Shown here piece by piece: positions 47,190-57,645 of a stretch of DNA of 64,000 nucleotides (position 1 is its first letter; each line of letters begins with the position of its first letter). The stretch is taken from assembly GCA_903837175.1 (NCBI GenBank), contig CAILTR010000050.1, forward strand, positions 17,513 to 81,512, read 5' to 3'. This DNA is from an uncultured bacterium (GTDB lineage Bacteria > Patescibacteriota > Minisyncoccia > Moranbacterales > GWC2-37-73). A program made the position numbers and the translations under genes. The notes under the pieces were generated by a model. The model was not told where the DNA came from and ran no database searches. It saw nothing but the letters and a program-made list of their open reading frames with translations.

Positions 47190-49031
47190 CTATTTTTTTT
47201 CAAGTTCAATGCTAACCCTATTAGGAAATTGGGGAATCCGCGTAATAAAAGTTGGTGAAAACAAAAGATTAGCGTTTTCTATATTTTGATATTTTTTTAA
47301 AATCATAAGCAACTCACTTTCATTCTTACCAAGTGCTTCACGCTTAAAAAGTTCCAAGTCAACTTTTGGCGTCACTTCGATTTCACCGTGTACCTTTAAA
47401 ACTAGTGCGTTGTCTTCAAAGGAGGGCTCCACGCTAACATATTCAAGACTTTTAATATTTTTTACAGCATCCTTTGGTTGCTCGCTGAATTGAGTTGTTT
47501 TTTCAATAAGTTTTTCAATATCTGTTTGAGCAAAAACTAGCGCCTGCACCTTAGCTGTAACTGTGTAATCAAAAGCTTGGGCGACATCTCCAACCTTTGC
47601 ATTAGCAGACGATTTATCTAGGGTCACCTTCTCAGCCTCCAGCAAGGCCACCTCGCCAACCTGCAGTTGCCCTTTAATTATCTCAGCTACCTTTTCCTTT
47701 AAAGCTAGCTCGGTTTTTTGTTTTGCGCTATCAAGATCATTCTGACTAATCCCAGCAGAAGCATCACCGTCAGTAGTCCCTCCGGTAAAAGCAACGCTAG
47801 ATTTAGCATAAAATTTAGTATATTTTGGGCTACCTTGAAAACCTGGAATCTTAAAATCACTTGCTTGAAGATTATAATCAGCTCCAGGCTGATCAGCAAT
47901 AACCTCCACCGAAATAGCTCCCGGTTTCGACTGCCCGCCAATAACACTTAACCCGGGAATAACAACTGTTTTTAGTAACCTAAAAATCTTACCATCTTCA
48001 GTTTGAACTCTGGTCGTCGCAACTAAGGTTTGTGGCTGATTATCAAATTCATTATACAAAACAATCACTCCCTGAGCTTTTTTGCCCGAAGTGGAACTTT
48101 TTCCAGTGGCAGCATATTGTAAGGTTAATTGCTCCTGACGGTCAATTACGCGCAATGGCAAGGCATCTTCAGTTTGCGGATTTTGTTTAAGATTGGTATC
48201 AAGGTCGACTTTTATTAATTGCACTTTTGGCTTAATAATAATAGCAACGCTTGGGATATAAAGATAACCAGCGACGCCAGCCAGCAGGAAAAGAGAGAAA
48301 ATAATAAAGACAAAAAAGAAATTTTTCGTTTTTCCGTTTGAAATTTGTTTGTTTTCAGGAGAAGGCGCTGATTGCTTTTTTGAATACATTCTTTCTAAGG
48401 TTTTTTCTTTTTCCAAGTCAAGCTTTTGAAAATTCAACTCTTTTTTACCTTGGTTTTGTCTGTCCAACTGAGCGCTACTATCTCTAACAGCTCGGGGATA
48501 AATATCCTTGGCTAAATATTCCTTTTTTTGCTGAGGAAAATCAGGCCCGGCGTGTTGTTCAAAACGCTCCTGAGCGTTAACCTTTGTGATTTTTTTATAC
48601 CCCACTGGCTCAATAGCCTGACTATCTCCAACATCCTTTGATTGCCGTACATCAAAAAAATCATTCGTGCCTACGTTACTTAACCTACCAGACTTATTAA
48701 TACTTTCTTTTTTTGGCATAGCTGGTAATTCCTTAGTCTTAACAGCTTCGAGTTCAGCATCTAAAATTTTATCTAAACCCTCAATTGAGCTTCGAACATC
48801 CACACCACTTCTAACCGCCATCGCAGCCACAACCTCCTCTTGGGTTACCAAAATTACGTGCTTTCTAGCTTTCTCAGCTTCTCGTTTCAGAAGTTTTAAA
48901 TTTACAATACTTTGCAGAAAAATTGCTCGCTTAGGCACGACAAAATAGTTATCAAGCGCCATTGATTTTTTAAGCCTATCTATGACTGAAGATATTTCTT
49001 CGTCAACCTCAATGTAAAATGTTTGGTGCAT
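47190..49031 (-). CDS. single-pass membrane protein with a baseplate-J-like extracellular region
   Basis: N-terminal DEEISSVIDRL..VNLKLLKR domain, linker, one TM, then GVIVLYN, V.ADQPGADYN, FTGG motifs. Confidence 0.6.
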   Translation of the reverse strand: MHQTFYIEVDEEISSVIDRLKKSMALDNYFVVPKRAIFLQSIVNLKLLKREAEKARKHVILVTQEEVVAAMAVRSGVDVRSSIEGLDKILDAELEAVKTKELPAMPKKESINKSGRLSNVGTNDFFDVRQSKDVGDSQAIEPVGYKKITKVNAQERFEQHAGPDFPQQKKEYLAKDIYPRAVRDSSAQLDRQNQGKKELNFQKLDLEKEKTLERMYSKKQSAPSPENKQISNGKTKNFFFVFIIFSLFLLAGVAGYLYIPSVAIIIKPKVQLIKVDLDTNLKQNPQTEDALPLRVIDRQEQLTLQYAATGKSSTSGKKAQGVIVLYNEFDNQPQTLVATTRVQTEDGKIFRLLKTVVIPGLSVIGGQSKPGAISVEVIADQPGADYNLQASDFKIPGFQGSPKYTKFYAKSSVAFTGGTTDGDASAGISQNDLDSAKQKTELALKEKVAEIIKGQLQVGEVALLEAEKVTLDKSSANAKVGDVAQAFDYTVTAKVQALVFAQTDIEKLIEKTTQFSEQPKDAVKNIKSLEYVSVEPSFEDNALVLKVHGEIEVTPKVDLELFKREALGKNESELLMILKKYQNIENANLLFSPTFITRIPQFPNRVSIELEKK

Positions 49032-49146
49032 AAAATGATATAAATATCTAATCAACACGAACTAGCTAGCTAATTTTCCCTAATCTCTAAAAAAATTATT
49101 CGCGATTATTCGAGCTAGAATTCGAGTGGATTTGTGAATTATATTA
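49032..49146 (-). repeat. family A junction hairpin, divergent copy
   Basis: CTAAT-unit arm plus ATTCG-unit arm in the same orientation. Confidence 0.7.
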
Positions 49147-50406
49147 TTAGTCTTGAATTGTTTGTAACACTCTTCGCAGAATTCCAGCCATAATTTTTTC
49201 TTCATCCGTAACATCTAAAATTAAATTTGCTAAACCCATTGGAGTAACATCTTGCGGATTATTTAAACTATTTGTTTTATCAACAATTCTAACAACATCG
49301 CGCGGCTGGAGGAAACTAACTACTGGCGTTCTTGCAAAAGGTAAATTTCGTACCCATTCCTTTGAAGTCAAGGCCTTTTTAATCCCGGGCAAACCAGACC
49401 CGCCCCCGCAAAGTAAAATTTTTGAAGGTAGCACATCTGAACTTGCAAATTCAGAAAGAGACAATTCCACCCCACTAAGCCAAACGGCGCAATCGCTTTG
49501 CAAAATTTGCTCCACTTTAACACTCACCTCGCTACCTAACTTACCCTGCGCATAGCTTATTTTTAGCTCTTCTGCTTCTTCAAAATTAATTCGCAGCTCT
49601 TGGGCTAATTTTTTCGTAAAAGCCCGGCCGCCAAAAGCAAACATCTTCGTGCCCTCGAGCCCACCATTTCTAACTACGGCAATGTCTGTAGTACCCCCAC
49701 CAATATCAATAAAAATAGCGTTAAAGTCTAAGGCATCATCATAATCCACGCTCCTGGCAACCGCATACGGTTCAGCAGCAATACTAAGTAAATCAATATG
49801 TAGTTCGTCGGCAATTGTTTGTAGCGCGCCAAGATGAATCATGGGAGCATAAGCATTAAAAATACTAACGGAAACATCCTTACCCTGAAAACCAATTGGA
49901 TTCGTGACCTGATAACCATCAATCCGCACGTCCACAATCGCTGCGTTAATTAATTTCACATCAATATCTTGGCCAGTTTCCCATTCAATCTGTTGGGAAA
50001 TCCGCTCATAAGCTTTCACTTGAACTTTCTGAATAATACCTTTTAACTCTTGAAAATCAATCCGAGAATCTGGAGTTAAGCGTTCATAATGAACAGTAGT
50101 AGTTGTTCCCTTAACTAATTCACCCGCAATTCCTACAATAGCTTTTTTTACATTCTTAACTTTAGCATTTGTTAACGCTTCTTTAATTGATAATTGACAA
50201 GTCTCAATCACCCCTGAGATATCCGAAACCGCCCCACTTTGCATGTTGCCTCTTTTTTGCCCTTGTTTCCCAACCCCTATAATACTAGCATTTTTTTCTT
50301 GTTTATTTATTTGAAAAACCAATGCCTTAGCAACTTCCGTTCCAATATCAAGAGCCAGGAAATATTCCTTGCTGTTTTTCGAAAATAAATTAGAAAAAAT
50401 GGACAT
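49147..50406 (-). CDS. FtsA-like actin-family ATPase
   Basis: ALDIGT, AEPYA, DIGGGTTD, FEEAEELK, LCGGGS. Confidence 0.8.
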   Translation of the reverse strand: MSIFSNLFSKNSKEYFLALDIGTEVAKALVFQINKQEKNASIIGVGKQGQKRGNMQSGAVSDISGVIETCQLSIKEALTNAKVKNVKKAIVGIAGELVKGTTTTVHYERLTPDSRIDFQELKGIIQKVQVKAYERISQQIEWETGQDIDVKLINAAIVDVRIDGYQVTNPIGFQGKDVSVSIFNAYAPMIHLGALQTIADELHIDLLSIAAEPYAVARSVDYDDALDFNAIFIDIGGGTTDIAVVRNGGLEGTKMFAFGGRAFTKKLAQELRINFEEAEELKISYAQGKLGSEVSVKVEQILQSDCAVWLSGVELSLSEFASSDVLPSKILLCGGGSGLPGIKKALTSKEWVRNLPFARTPVVSFLQPRDVVRIVDKTNSLNNPQDVTPMGLANLILDVTDEEKIMAGILRRVLQTIQD

Positions 50407-50453
50407 AAAATACAATAATTTTAAATTTGAAATTAATGCCTAATTAAAAAACA

Positions 50454-51461
50454 TTAGACTAATTTAACAACCGCTACCTTTCCAATAAAATCACCAATCT
50501 CGCTTTCATTTAAAAGTCCTGCCTGCCCGCCATACTGCGTTACAGAACTGCTTGAATTAGCGATTCCCCATTTAAGTGCTGTAGCCAAATCCTTTTCTTT
50601 TAAATAAGCCGCGAGAAAACCACTCACGAAAGCATCACCAGCGCCAGTAGTATCGACAGTGGCTAGCTGTAAAATTGCCTCGGCATGTAAAATTTCATTT
50701 TTCTCTCCCGCCCAAGCTCCCCGCACTCCGTCAGTCAATACTACGGTTTTTACTCCAATCTTTTGAAATTCTTTTATTAAATCTGTTTCACTTTCAGAGA
50801 TGTTTCTTTGCACCCCAGTAAGAATTTCCAGGGCCTCATCCTTATTAATAAATAAGAAATCGCAAACTGAGCTAGCTTCTATTATCCGTTGACTGTCTTC
50901 CTGAATAGCTTTCTCTCTGGGATTAAAAGCGATTGGAATTTTTTTAGCTTTCGCCACTGAAATTATTGCATCAAGATTCTTTTTCCAATCTCCACTAAGG
51001 TCGCCAACAAAAACTAAGTCGCAATCCTCAATTTGATCACTAGCAATTTCAAACTTTTCACTTGCATCGTGTCCAGAGAAAATAACCCGGTCACCACTAT
51101 CTTTATCAACCACAATTGAAGAGGCATCACTCGCGTGCCGCGCAATCACAACTAATTTTTCAATCCCGATTTTTTCACGTTGAAGTTCCGTTTTTATCCA
51201 TTTACCCGTTTCATCGTCACCAATTGGAGCGTAGCATTGAGCTTCAAAGCCAAGTTTCACCATTCCAACAGCAACATTAATTGAACAACCTCCTAGCGTT
51301 TCATGCTTATCGGAAATATGATATTTTGCGCCGAGCTCAAAAGCAATTTTTCTCTGAGACAATAAATCCTCAGGCGTTTCAATTAAAACACCTTCACTGG
51401 TAGGTAAAAAAGTATCCTTAGTTACTGAACCTATTGCAAGAATTTTAGCCATCTGAGTCAT
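50454..51461 (-). CDS. PfkB-family carbohydrate kinase
   Basis: GGCSINVA, INKDEA, TDGVRGA, DTTGAGDAF. Confidence 0.9.
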   Translation of the reverse strand: MTQMAKILAIGSVTKDTFLPTSEGVLIETPEDLLSQRKIAFELGAKYHISDKHETLGGCSINVAVGMVKLGFEAQCYAPIGDDETGKWIKTELQREKIGIEKLVVIARHASDASSIVVDKDSGDRVIFSGHDASEKFEIASDQIEDCDLVFVGDLSGDWKKNLDAIISVAKAKKIPIAFNPREKAIQEDSQRIIEASSVCDFLFINKDEALEILTGVQRNISESETDLIKEFQKIGVKTVVLTDGVRGAWAGEKNEILHAEAILQLATVDTTGAGDAFVSGFLAAYLKEKDLATALKWGIANSSSSVTQYGGQAGLLNESEIGDFIGKVAVVKLV

Positions 51462-51545
51462 GAAGCATAAAACACGAAACATGGAGCAAGCAATGCGCTG
51501 CGTGTTATGTGTTTTATGTTATGTGTTATGTGTTATGTGTTCTAT
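51459..51545. repeat. heptamer junction hairpin (CATGAAG/CATGGAG opposite TGTTATG)
   Basis: Tandem heptamer arms between eno and the kinase gene. Confidence 0.65.
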
Positions 51546-52840
51546 GATTTAAGTTCTGCTTCTATTTTCATAAGTCTATTGTACTTACATAGTCGCTCGC
51601 CGCGAGAAAGTGAACCTGACTTTATAAATTCAGCAGCTGTCCCAACCGCCAGGTCAGCGATAAAATCATCCGTCGTTTCGCCACTGCGATGTGAAACCAT
51701 AACTTTCATTTTATTTTTCTTAGCTAGTCGAATACAATCAAAAGTTTCCGAGAGTGATCCAATTTGGTTAACTTTAATAAGTACCGCGTTACATGCCTTT
51801 TCCTTAATAGCCTTTTCCAGTCTTTTAACATTAGTAACCAATAAATCATCTCCAACTAAAATATGCTGGTCTAAAACACTTTTAGTGACCTCACTAGAAA
51901 TTGGCTTTTTTACAATTTTCTCAGTCATAACTTTCCAACCCGCCCAATCTTCTTCCGCTAAACCATCTTCAATTGAAACAAGGTGGTATTTATCAATCCA
52001 TTCTCGATAAATACTAATCAAACGTTCTTTCTCAAGACTTACACCTTCCGGTTTTAAAATATAAAGATCCTCACGCTCATCATAAAAAGAACTAGCAGCT
52101 GCGTCAATTCCAAGGTTAACTTGCTTGCCAAGTTCATACCCAGCCTGAGTAATGGCTTGACTAATAATTTCAAGTGCTTGAGTATTACTTTCTAATCTTG
52201 GCGCAAAACCACCCTCATCGCCGACCGCCGTACTTTGCTTAGCAACTTCTAGAATTTTTTTCAGCGTATGAAAAATCTCGCTTCCGGCGCGTAGTTGCTC
52301 GGAAAAAGTTTTCACGCCCGTTGGAATTATCTTAAATTCTTGGATACCTAAACCATTATCGCTATGCTGACCACCATTAAGCACGTTAAACATTGGGACT
52401 GGTAATTTTGGCTTAACTTTAATTTCACAAATATCATTAATGTATTGATAAAGCGGAATGCCTTTTTCGTTAGCAGCTGCCCGACAAACTGCCAAGGAAA
52501 CCCCCAGGATAGCATTAGCGCCTAAATTACTTTTATTTTCACTCCCATCCAATGTCAGCATAAGTTCGTCAATATGCCCCTGCCTGAAAACTTCCTCACC
52601 AACTAGTCTTTTTTTAATCAAAGTATTTACATTTTCCACCGCTTTTAAAACGCCTAGTCCTAGGTATCGCTTAGGATCATTATCCCTAAGTTCTAAAGCT
52701 TCAAATTTTCCCGTAGAAGCTCCTGAGGGAACCGAGGCTACACCTTTAACTCCACTCTCTAAACTAACTTCAACTTCAATAGTTGGATTGCCTCTTGAAT
52801 CTAAAATTTCTCGACTAATAATGTTTGTAATTTTTGACAT
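51542..52840 (-). CDS. eno: enolase
   Basis: DSRGNPT, VPSGASTG, GDEGG, VGDDL, SHRSGET. Confidence 0.98.
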   Translation of the reverse strand: MSKITNIISREILDSRGNPTIEVEVSLESGVKGVASVPSGASTGKFEALELRDNDPKRYLGLGVLKAVENVNTLIKKRLVGEEVFRQGHIDELMLTLDGSENKSNLGANAILGVSLAVCRAAANEKGIPLYQYINDICEIKVKPKLPVPMFNVLNGGQHSDNGLGIQEFKIIPTGVKTFSEQLRAGSEIFHTLKKILEVAKQSTAVGDEGGFAPRLESNTQALEIISQAITQAGYELGKQVNLGIDAAASSFYDEREDLYILKPEGVSLEKERLISIYREWIDKYHLVSIEDGLAEEDWAGWKVMTEKIVKKPISSEVTKSVLDQHILVGDDLLVTNVKRLEKAIKEKACNAVLIKVNQIGSLSETFDCIRLAKKNKMKVMVSHRSGETTDDFIADLAVGTAAEFIKSGSLSRGERLCKYNRLMKIEAELKS

Positions 52841-52883
52841 ATCTTTGCGATATTTTTTAAGTAAATTAGAAGACTAACAGAGA

Positions 52884-53498
52884 CTAAACATTCGTCCGTA
52901 TCCAAATAAACATCTGTTGCAATGGATTAAATAAAATCAGCGATGCCAGCAATAGGAAATAATAAACAGTTAGATATTTTAAACTCAAAAAATATTCCTG
53001 TTGCATCAGGAATGCCTCATTACTACTCCTTAGTAAAAGCTTCCAAGAAAGTCTTAAAAATTTATAATGCACAACTGAAATCACCATTATCGATAAAACT
53101 AAAATAATCCAAGAGAGATAGAATTTACTTCCATAAAGAAAAAAAGTTCCGAAAAAAAATGATGGCAAAATTAAGAATGTTTCTCTATCCCAACAATAAT
53201 TTTCCTTTTGAAAGTTTTTAAAACTGGAAAAATATAGGTAGGGAATCATGACAAAATTAATCGTCAGGCCTATTGAAAAGACCACCACCATCACCCAACT
53301 GAAAGCACCAAAATAGGTCCCCGGCGCAAAAATTCCAACATTATTTAGGAATACCAAAAGAAAACCAGCAATCAATAGCAATTCTGAAGTTCGAAGTCCA
53401 ATTATGGTCAGAGTATCCGTCTTTTTAGCCTCATACAAAGGAACTTCTTTATCATCTAAAGTTACATTTTTTTTACCCTTGAAGTCAGGAGTAAGCAT
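52884..53498 (-). CDS. hypothetical multi-pass membrane protein
   Basis: 204 aa with about 5 hydrophobic segments. Confidence 0.65.
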   Translation of the reverse strand: MLTPDFKGKKNVTLDDKEVPLYEAKKTDTLTIIGLRTSELLLIAGFLLVFLNNVGIFAPGTYFGAFSWVMVVVFSIGLTINFVMIPYLYFSSFKNFQKENYCWDRETFLILPSFFFGTFFLYGSKFYLSWIILVLSIMVISVVHYKFLRLSWKLLLRSSNEAFLMQQEYFLSLKYLTVYYFLLLASLILFNPLQQMFIWIRTNV

Positions 53499-53595
53499 AG
53501 AAGAATCTTCTTAGGAAGTTAACATTATAAATTTTCCCCTTGCTTTAATTATAACACACTTATCGCATTTTTTAAACCAACTACACCCCTACCTT

Positions 53596-54642
53596 TCATT
53601 TGATCTGCAAGGCTATTATCCCCGGCATCTCACTTCCACTAAGATATTCTAGCATTGCGCCACCGCCAGTTGAAACAAACGAAACCTTCGACATTAAATT
53701 ATTCTCTTCCAACACTTGCACCGATTCACCCCCACCAATTAACGTAAAAGCCCCACTTTCGATCACCGCGGTTAAAATTTCTCGCGTAGCTTTATCGAAA
53801 GGTGGTTGTTCAAATTTTCCCATTGGGCCATTCCAAACAATCACTTTCGACTGGGCAATAATTTCTTTAAACTGTTGGATTGTTTTTTCGCCAAGATCCA
53901 AGCGATCTTGAGCAAAGTCAATTGGCAAAATCACTTTCGCTGAAAATTTGAGCGCCTGATCAAGCGCTTCATTAGCAATTTTTCCGCCCACTAAAACGTG
54001 CGAATATTTTGCTTCGAAAATTTTAATCAAGCCTAATTTTGTTTCAATTTTAGCTCCACCAATAATCGCCGTAGCTGGAAGCTGGGGATCATTTAGGACT
54101 TTATCAAGATTTTCAAGTTCTTTTTGAAGCCAAAAACCCCCGTAACTTGGCAAATAGTTCGTAATCCCTGTGATGGAAGCTTGCTTGCGATGACAGACGC
54201 TAAAAGCATCATTTACGTAAACATCAAAATTTTCTGCTAATTGTTGGGAAAAGGTTTCCCCATTAGTTTCTTCGCCGCCGTGGAAACGCACATTTTCCAA
54301 AAGCAAAATTTCACCTTCGGCTAGTTTTTCTAAAGCTTGCGCAACTTGCTCGCCAATGCAATCAGCCATGAATACAATCTTTTTATTTAAAATTTTCTCA
54401 AGCTCGCCGACTAATTGAAGCAAGGAAAAATCAAGATTTACCTGTCCGTCAGGTCTACCCAGATGTGACGTCAGCGCAATCTTAACCCCTTTTTGACTTG
54501 CTAAAAATTCCACAGTTTCTTTGCAGGCTTCTAATTTAAACCTTTCTTGAATTTTTCCTTCCGCAATTCCCACATTAAAATCTGCCCGCACTAAAACTTT
54601 TTTACCTTCAAAATTACCGCCTTGAATTTTTTTTATTCCCAT
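53596..54642 (-). CDS. pgk: phosphoglycerate kinase (shortened)
   Basis: RADFNV, SHLGRP, LLENVRF, GGAK, WNGPMG, STGGGAMLE. Confidence 0.94.
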   Translation of the reverse strand: MGIKKIQGGNFEGKKVLVRADFNVGIAEGKIQERFKLEACKETVEFLASQKGVKIALTSHLGRPDGQVNLDFSLLQLVGELEKILNKKIVFMADCIGEQVAQALEKLAEGEILLLENVRFHGGEETNGETFSQQLAENFDVYVNDAFSVCHRKQASITGITNYLPSYGGFWLQKELENLDKVLNDPQLPATAIIGGAKIETKLGLIKIFEAKYSHVLVGGKIANEALDQALKFSAKVILPIDFAQDRLDLGEKTIQQFKEIIAQSKVIVWNGPMGKFEQPPFDKATREILTAVIESGAFTLIGGGESVQVLEENNLMSKVSFVSTGGGAMLEYLSGSEMPGIIALQIK

Positions 54643-54655
54643 AGGATTTACACAG

Positions 54656-54790
54656 CATGGACCATGGAACATGGAACATGGAACAATGCCTTATTTTAAA
54701 ATATTTTATTTTTTATTTCACCCTATCAATCCATTTATTTTGCATTTTGCTTTTTCTGTTACATGTTATATGTTACATGATCCATGATTC
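54656..54790. repeat. CATGGAA heptamer junction hairpin (mraY-pgk)
   Basis: catggaccatggaacatggaacatggaac ... tgttacatgttatatgttacatgatccatg. Confidence 0.7.
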
Positions 54791-55891
54791 TCATTTTCCC
54801 ATCCCGAAAATTGCCATAATAACCCCGATCAAAGCGGTTACCATCGTAAAAATCCAGGCTCGCATGACAATCTTACATTCTGGCCAACCAAGCGCTTCAA
54901 AATGGTGATGCAAGGGCGCAGCCAAAAAAACTTTTCGGTGAAAAAACTTTTTACTGGAAAGTTGGATAATCACACTCCCCGATTCAAGCACATAGACCAA
55001 CACAATCAGGAAAAGTACCAGCGCTGAGTTTGTCAGCATCGCCACCACCCCCAAGGTTGTTCCAAGCGACACCGCCCCAGTATCACCCATCATAAAACGA
55101 GCCGGCGCAATATTAAACCAAAGAAAGGCCAAAATCACTCCAGCCATAGCGGCACAAAAAGAAGCCAAGTCAACTTTGTTTTGGAAAAAAGCAATGATCG
55201 CAAAAGAAAAAAAGGCCACCAATAAAACTCCGCCATTAAGCCCATCTAAACCATCAGTTTCATTAGAAGAAATTGCTGAAAACAAAATTACAAAAATAAA
55301 AAGCGGAATATACCATAACCCAATATTAAAATCGCCCACAGCTGGAACATGCAAAACGTCCCAACCCAGCTTATAATAAAACCACCAACCACCTGCCGCC
55401 GCAATTGCAATCAGCCAGCCAAAACGCATTGCAAATTTAATTCCGCCACCTTTATTTTTTCCCCAACCGCGCACGCTCAAAAAGTCATCAAAAAGCCCCA
55501 GGATACCCGCCGAGACAAGCGCAAAAAGCGGAAGCCAAACCTGCTTACGACTTAAAAAATCCAGTCGCGCAATCGAACTAACATTTAAACTTTCCGCAAG
55601 CCAGGGAAAAATAAAGTGCGAAGCAAAAACTAAAATTAAAATCGAAAACCACATAATCACCCCACCCATCGTTGGGGTTCCAGCTTTATGCGCATGCAAT
55701 TTATTGACAAAAGTCAGCTTCTCACCATTGACATCGCTACTTTTAATTTTAATCCCTATCTTATATTTATATAAAATATGCGTCCAAATTGGCGTGATTG
55801 CAAAAGCCAACGCAAAAGCGATAATGCCGGTCGACAAAACCTTTAAAACATTAAATACCTCTGGGATTGTTTGAATTTGAGCAAATTGCAT
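54791..55891 (-). CDS. mraY: phospho-N-acetylmuramoyl-pentapeptide transferase
   Basis: KAGTPTMGG, GLFDD, NETDGLDGL, MGDTG, APLHHHFE. Confidence 0.96.
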   Translation of the reverse strand: MQFAQIQTIPEVFNVLKVLSTGIIAFALAFAITPIWTHILYKYKIGIKIKSSDVNGEKLTFVNKLHAHKAGTPTMGGVIMWFSILILVFASHFIFPWLAESLNVSSIARLDFLSRKQVWLPLFALVSAGILGLFDDFLSVRGWGKNKGGGIKFAMRFGWLIAIAAAGGWWFYYKLGWDVLHVPAVGDFNIGLWYIPLFIFVILFSAISSNETDGLDGLNGGVLLVAFFSFAIIAFFQNKVDLASFCAAMAGVILAFLWFNIAPARFMMGDTGAVSLGTTLGVVAMLTNSALVLFLIVLVYVLESGSVIIQLSSKKFFHRKVFLAAPLHHHFEALGWPECKIVMRAWIFTMVTALIGVIMAIFGMGK

Positions 55892-56002
55892 AAAATTATA
55901 TAAATCGCTAATCGACACTAATTAATTCACTAAGCATCGCTAATACATTCGTGTGGATTCGGGATTTTGTTTTAAAAAAATTCGTGATTATTCGCGACTA
56001 AA
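55892..56002 (-). repeat. family A junction hairpin, divergent copy
   Basis: aaatcgctaatcgacactaatt... arm and ...attcgtgattattcgcga arm. Confidence 0.7.
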
Positions 56003-57040
56003 CTATTCCCATTGATACGAAGCAAACGTCCAACCAAGGGCTGCTTTCATATCTACCCAGCGCGTTGGATCATCCAGCAGTACTGCTACCACTCGATGTT
56101 TCCCAGTTGGGTCAGTCGCCCCCATCAATAAAGAATAGCCCGCCAAAGGAGTAAAACCAGTTTTACCACCCAATAAATTCGGCACCTGATCGATTGCTAA
56201 ATCAGTATTTAAAATAGTGTGCGCGGTCTTACCGTCAACAGAAGTAATGACTGAATTATTTGGCAACTTAAACATTTTCCAAATCGTATCATACCGCATT
56301 GAATAAGCCGCAATGCGCGCAATATCATAAGCCGACGAAAAACACTCTGCCTCCCGCCCCTCAGGCTCTAAGCCAGATGGAGTACAAAAATGAGTATCGC
56401 TCAAACCTAACTCTTTTGCTTTTTGGTTCATTACCTCAGCGAAAGCATCTTGCGAGCCAGCAATATGCTTGCCCAACGCAATCGCTGCGTCGTTAGCACT
56501 ATTCATTAGCATTGCTTGCAAGAGACTGCGCACTGAAATTTTTTCACCAATTTTTAAACGTTGACTAATGCAATAGCCGCTTCGCGGACAACCAATTTTT
56601 GTGCCCTCCACGTAAACAGCTTCGTCATCAATCGTTACTTCTTCATCTAAATTTTTTATTTTCTCCATCACCAAAGTAGCTGTCATCAGTTTAGTCAGCG
56701 AAGCAATCTGACGTTGCTCGCGGCCTTTATCATAATGCAAAATTGTCCCAGAATCAGCATCAATCACCACTGAAGCATGCGCCCCAGGTAAAGTTAGATC
56801 AACTGCACCAATCTTGCGCATTGACTGATACTGCGAAGTAAAAATTTCTGTTTTCTTTGGTGCGACCGCCAGTTCAACTTTTTGAGTTTCGGCGCCTTCC
56901 ACACTACCCTGCTGTAAGCTTCCTTCAGTTTCCTCAGTTTTTGCCTGCGCCTGACTATCGCCAAAAACCCCATTTTGCAAAAGCAAAAAAGAGTTCAGTG
57001 GAAAAAACACAAGCATCAAAATTGTTGAAAAAATAGCCAT
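56003..57040 (-). CDS. D-alanyl-D-alanine carboxypeptidase (peptidase S11)
   Basis: IASLTK (SxxK), SAN (SxN), KTG. Confidence 0.9.
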   Translation of the reverse strand: MAIFSTILMLVFFPLNSFLLLQNGVFGDSQAQAKTEETEGSLQQGSVEGAETQKVELAVAPKKTEIFTSQYQSMRKIGAVDLTLPGAHASVVIDADSGTILHYDKGREQRQIASLTKLMTATLVMEKIKNLDEEVTIDDEAVYVEGTKIGCPRSGYCISQRLKIGEKISVRSLLQAMLMNSANDAAIALGKHIAGSQDAFAEVMNQKAKELGLSDTHFCTPSGLEPEGREAECFSSAYDIARIAAYSMRYDTIWKMFKLPNNSVITSVDGKTAHTILNTDLAIDQVPNLLGGKTGFTPLAGYSLLMGATDPTGKHRVVAVLLDDPTRWVDMKAALGWTFASYQWE

Positions 57041-57065
57041 CTATCCTAAAAAATAATCAAAAAAA

Positions 57066-57617
57066 TTACAAACTCTCACTAGTGACAGAGTCAACTCGTG
57101 CATCTACTGACAGTGTAGCATAATCTGGCAATTTTTTCACGTCATCAACTCCGAGTTTTTTTAAAAATTCAAAAGAAACCCCATAAAGATAACCGCGACT
57201 ATCGCGCGGGTTATCGCTCCGCTCAATCAAACCTCGCAAGAGTAAATTTCGCAAAGTATAATTACAATTCACCCCGCGAATTGCTTCGATCTCTGATTTT
57301 GAAATCAGTCCTCGATAAGCGATAATCGAAACTACTTCTAAAGCCGCTGGTGACAGGGCATCTTGAAGTTCGCTTTTTACAAGTTGCTCCACGAACTCCG
57401 CATTCTCACTTCGGGAAGCCAACTGAAATTCATCGCCTTTGCGAATCAGCGCCAACCCACTTTGCAAATTAGCATATTTTTCCTGCAAAGCTTCCAAGCC
57501 TTTTTCAATTTCCGCTTTTTCCAAATTAAGCACCTTTACCAAACGTGCCATCTTTATTGGCTCGCCACTAACAAATAATACACTCTCCAGCGCTGACATG
57601 ATTTTTTCTTCATTCAT
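57066..57617 (-). CDS. scpB: segregation and condensation protein B
   Basis: LESVLFVSGEP, LSPAALEVVSIIAY, IEAIRGVN. Confidence 0.93.
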   Translation of the reverse strand: MNEEKIMSALESVLFVSGEPIKMARLVKVLNLEKAEIEKGLEALQEKYANLQSGLALIRKGDEFQLASRSENAEFVEQLVKSELQDALSPAALEVVSIIAYRGLISKSEIEAIRGVNCNYTLRNLLLRGLIERSDNPRDSRGYLYGVSFEFLKKLGVDDVKKLPDYATLSVDARVDSVTSESL

Positions 57618-57645
57618 AGTTTTAAACTTTACGACTTGATTACTT

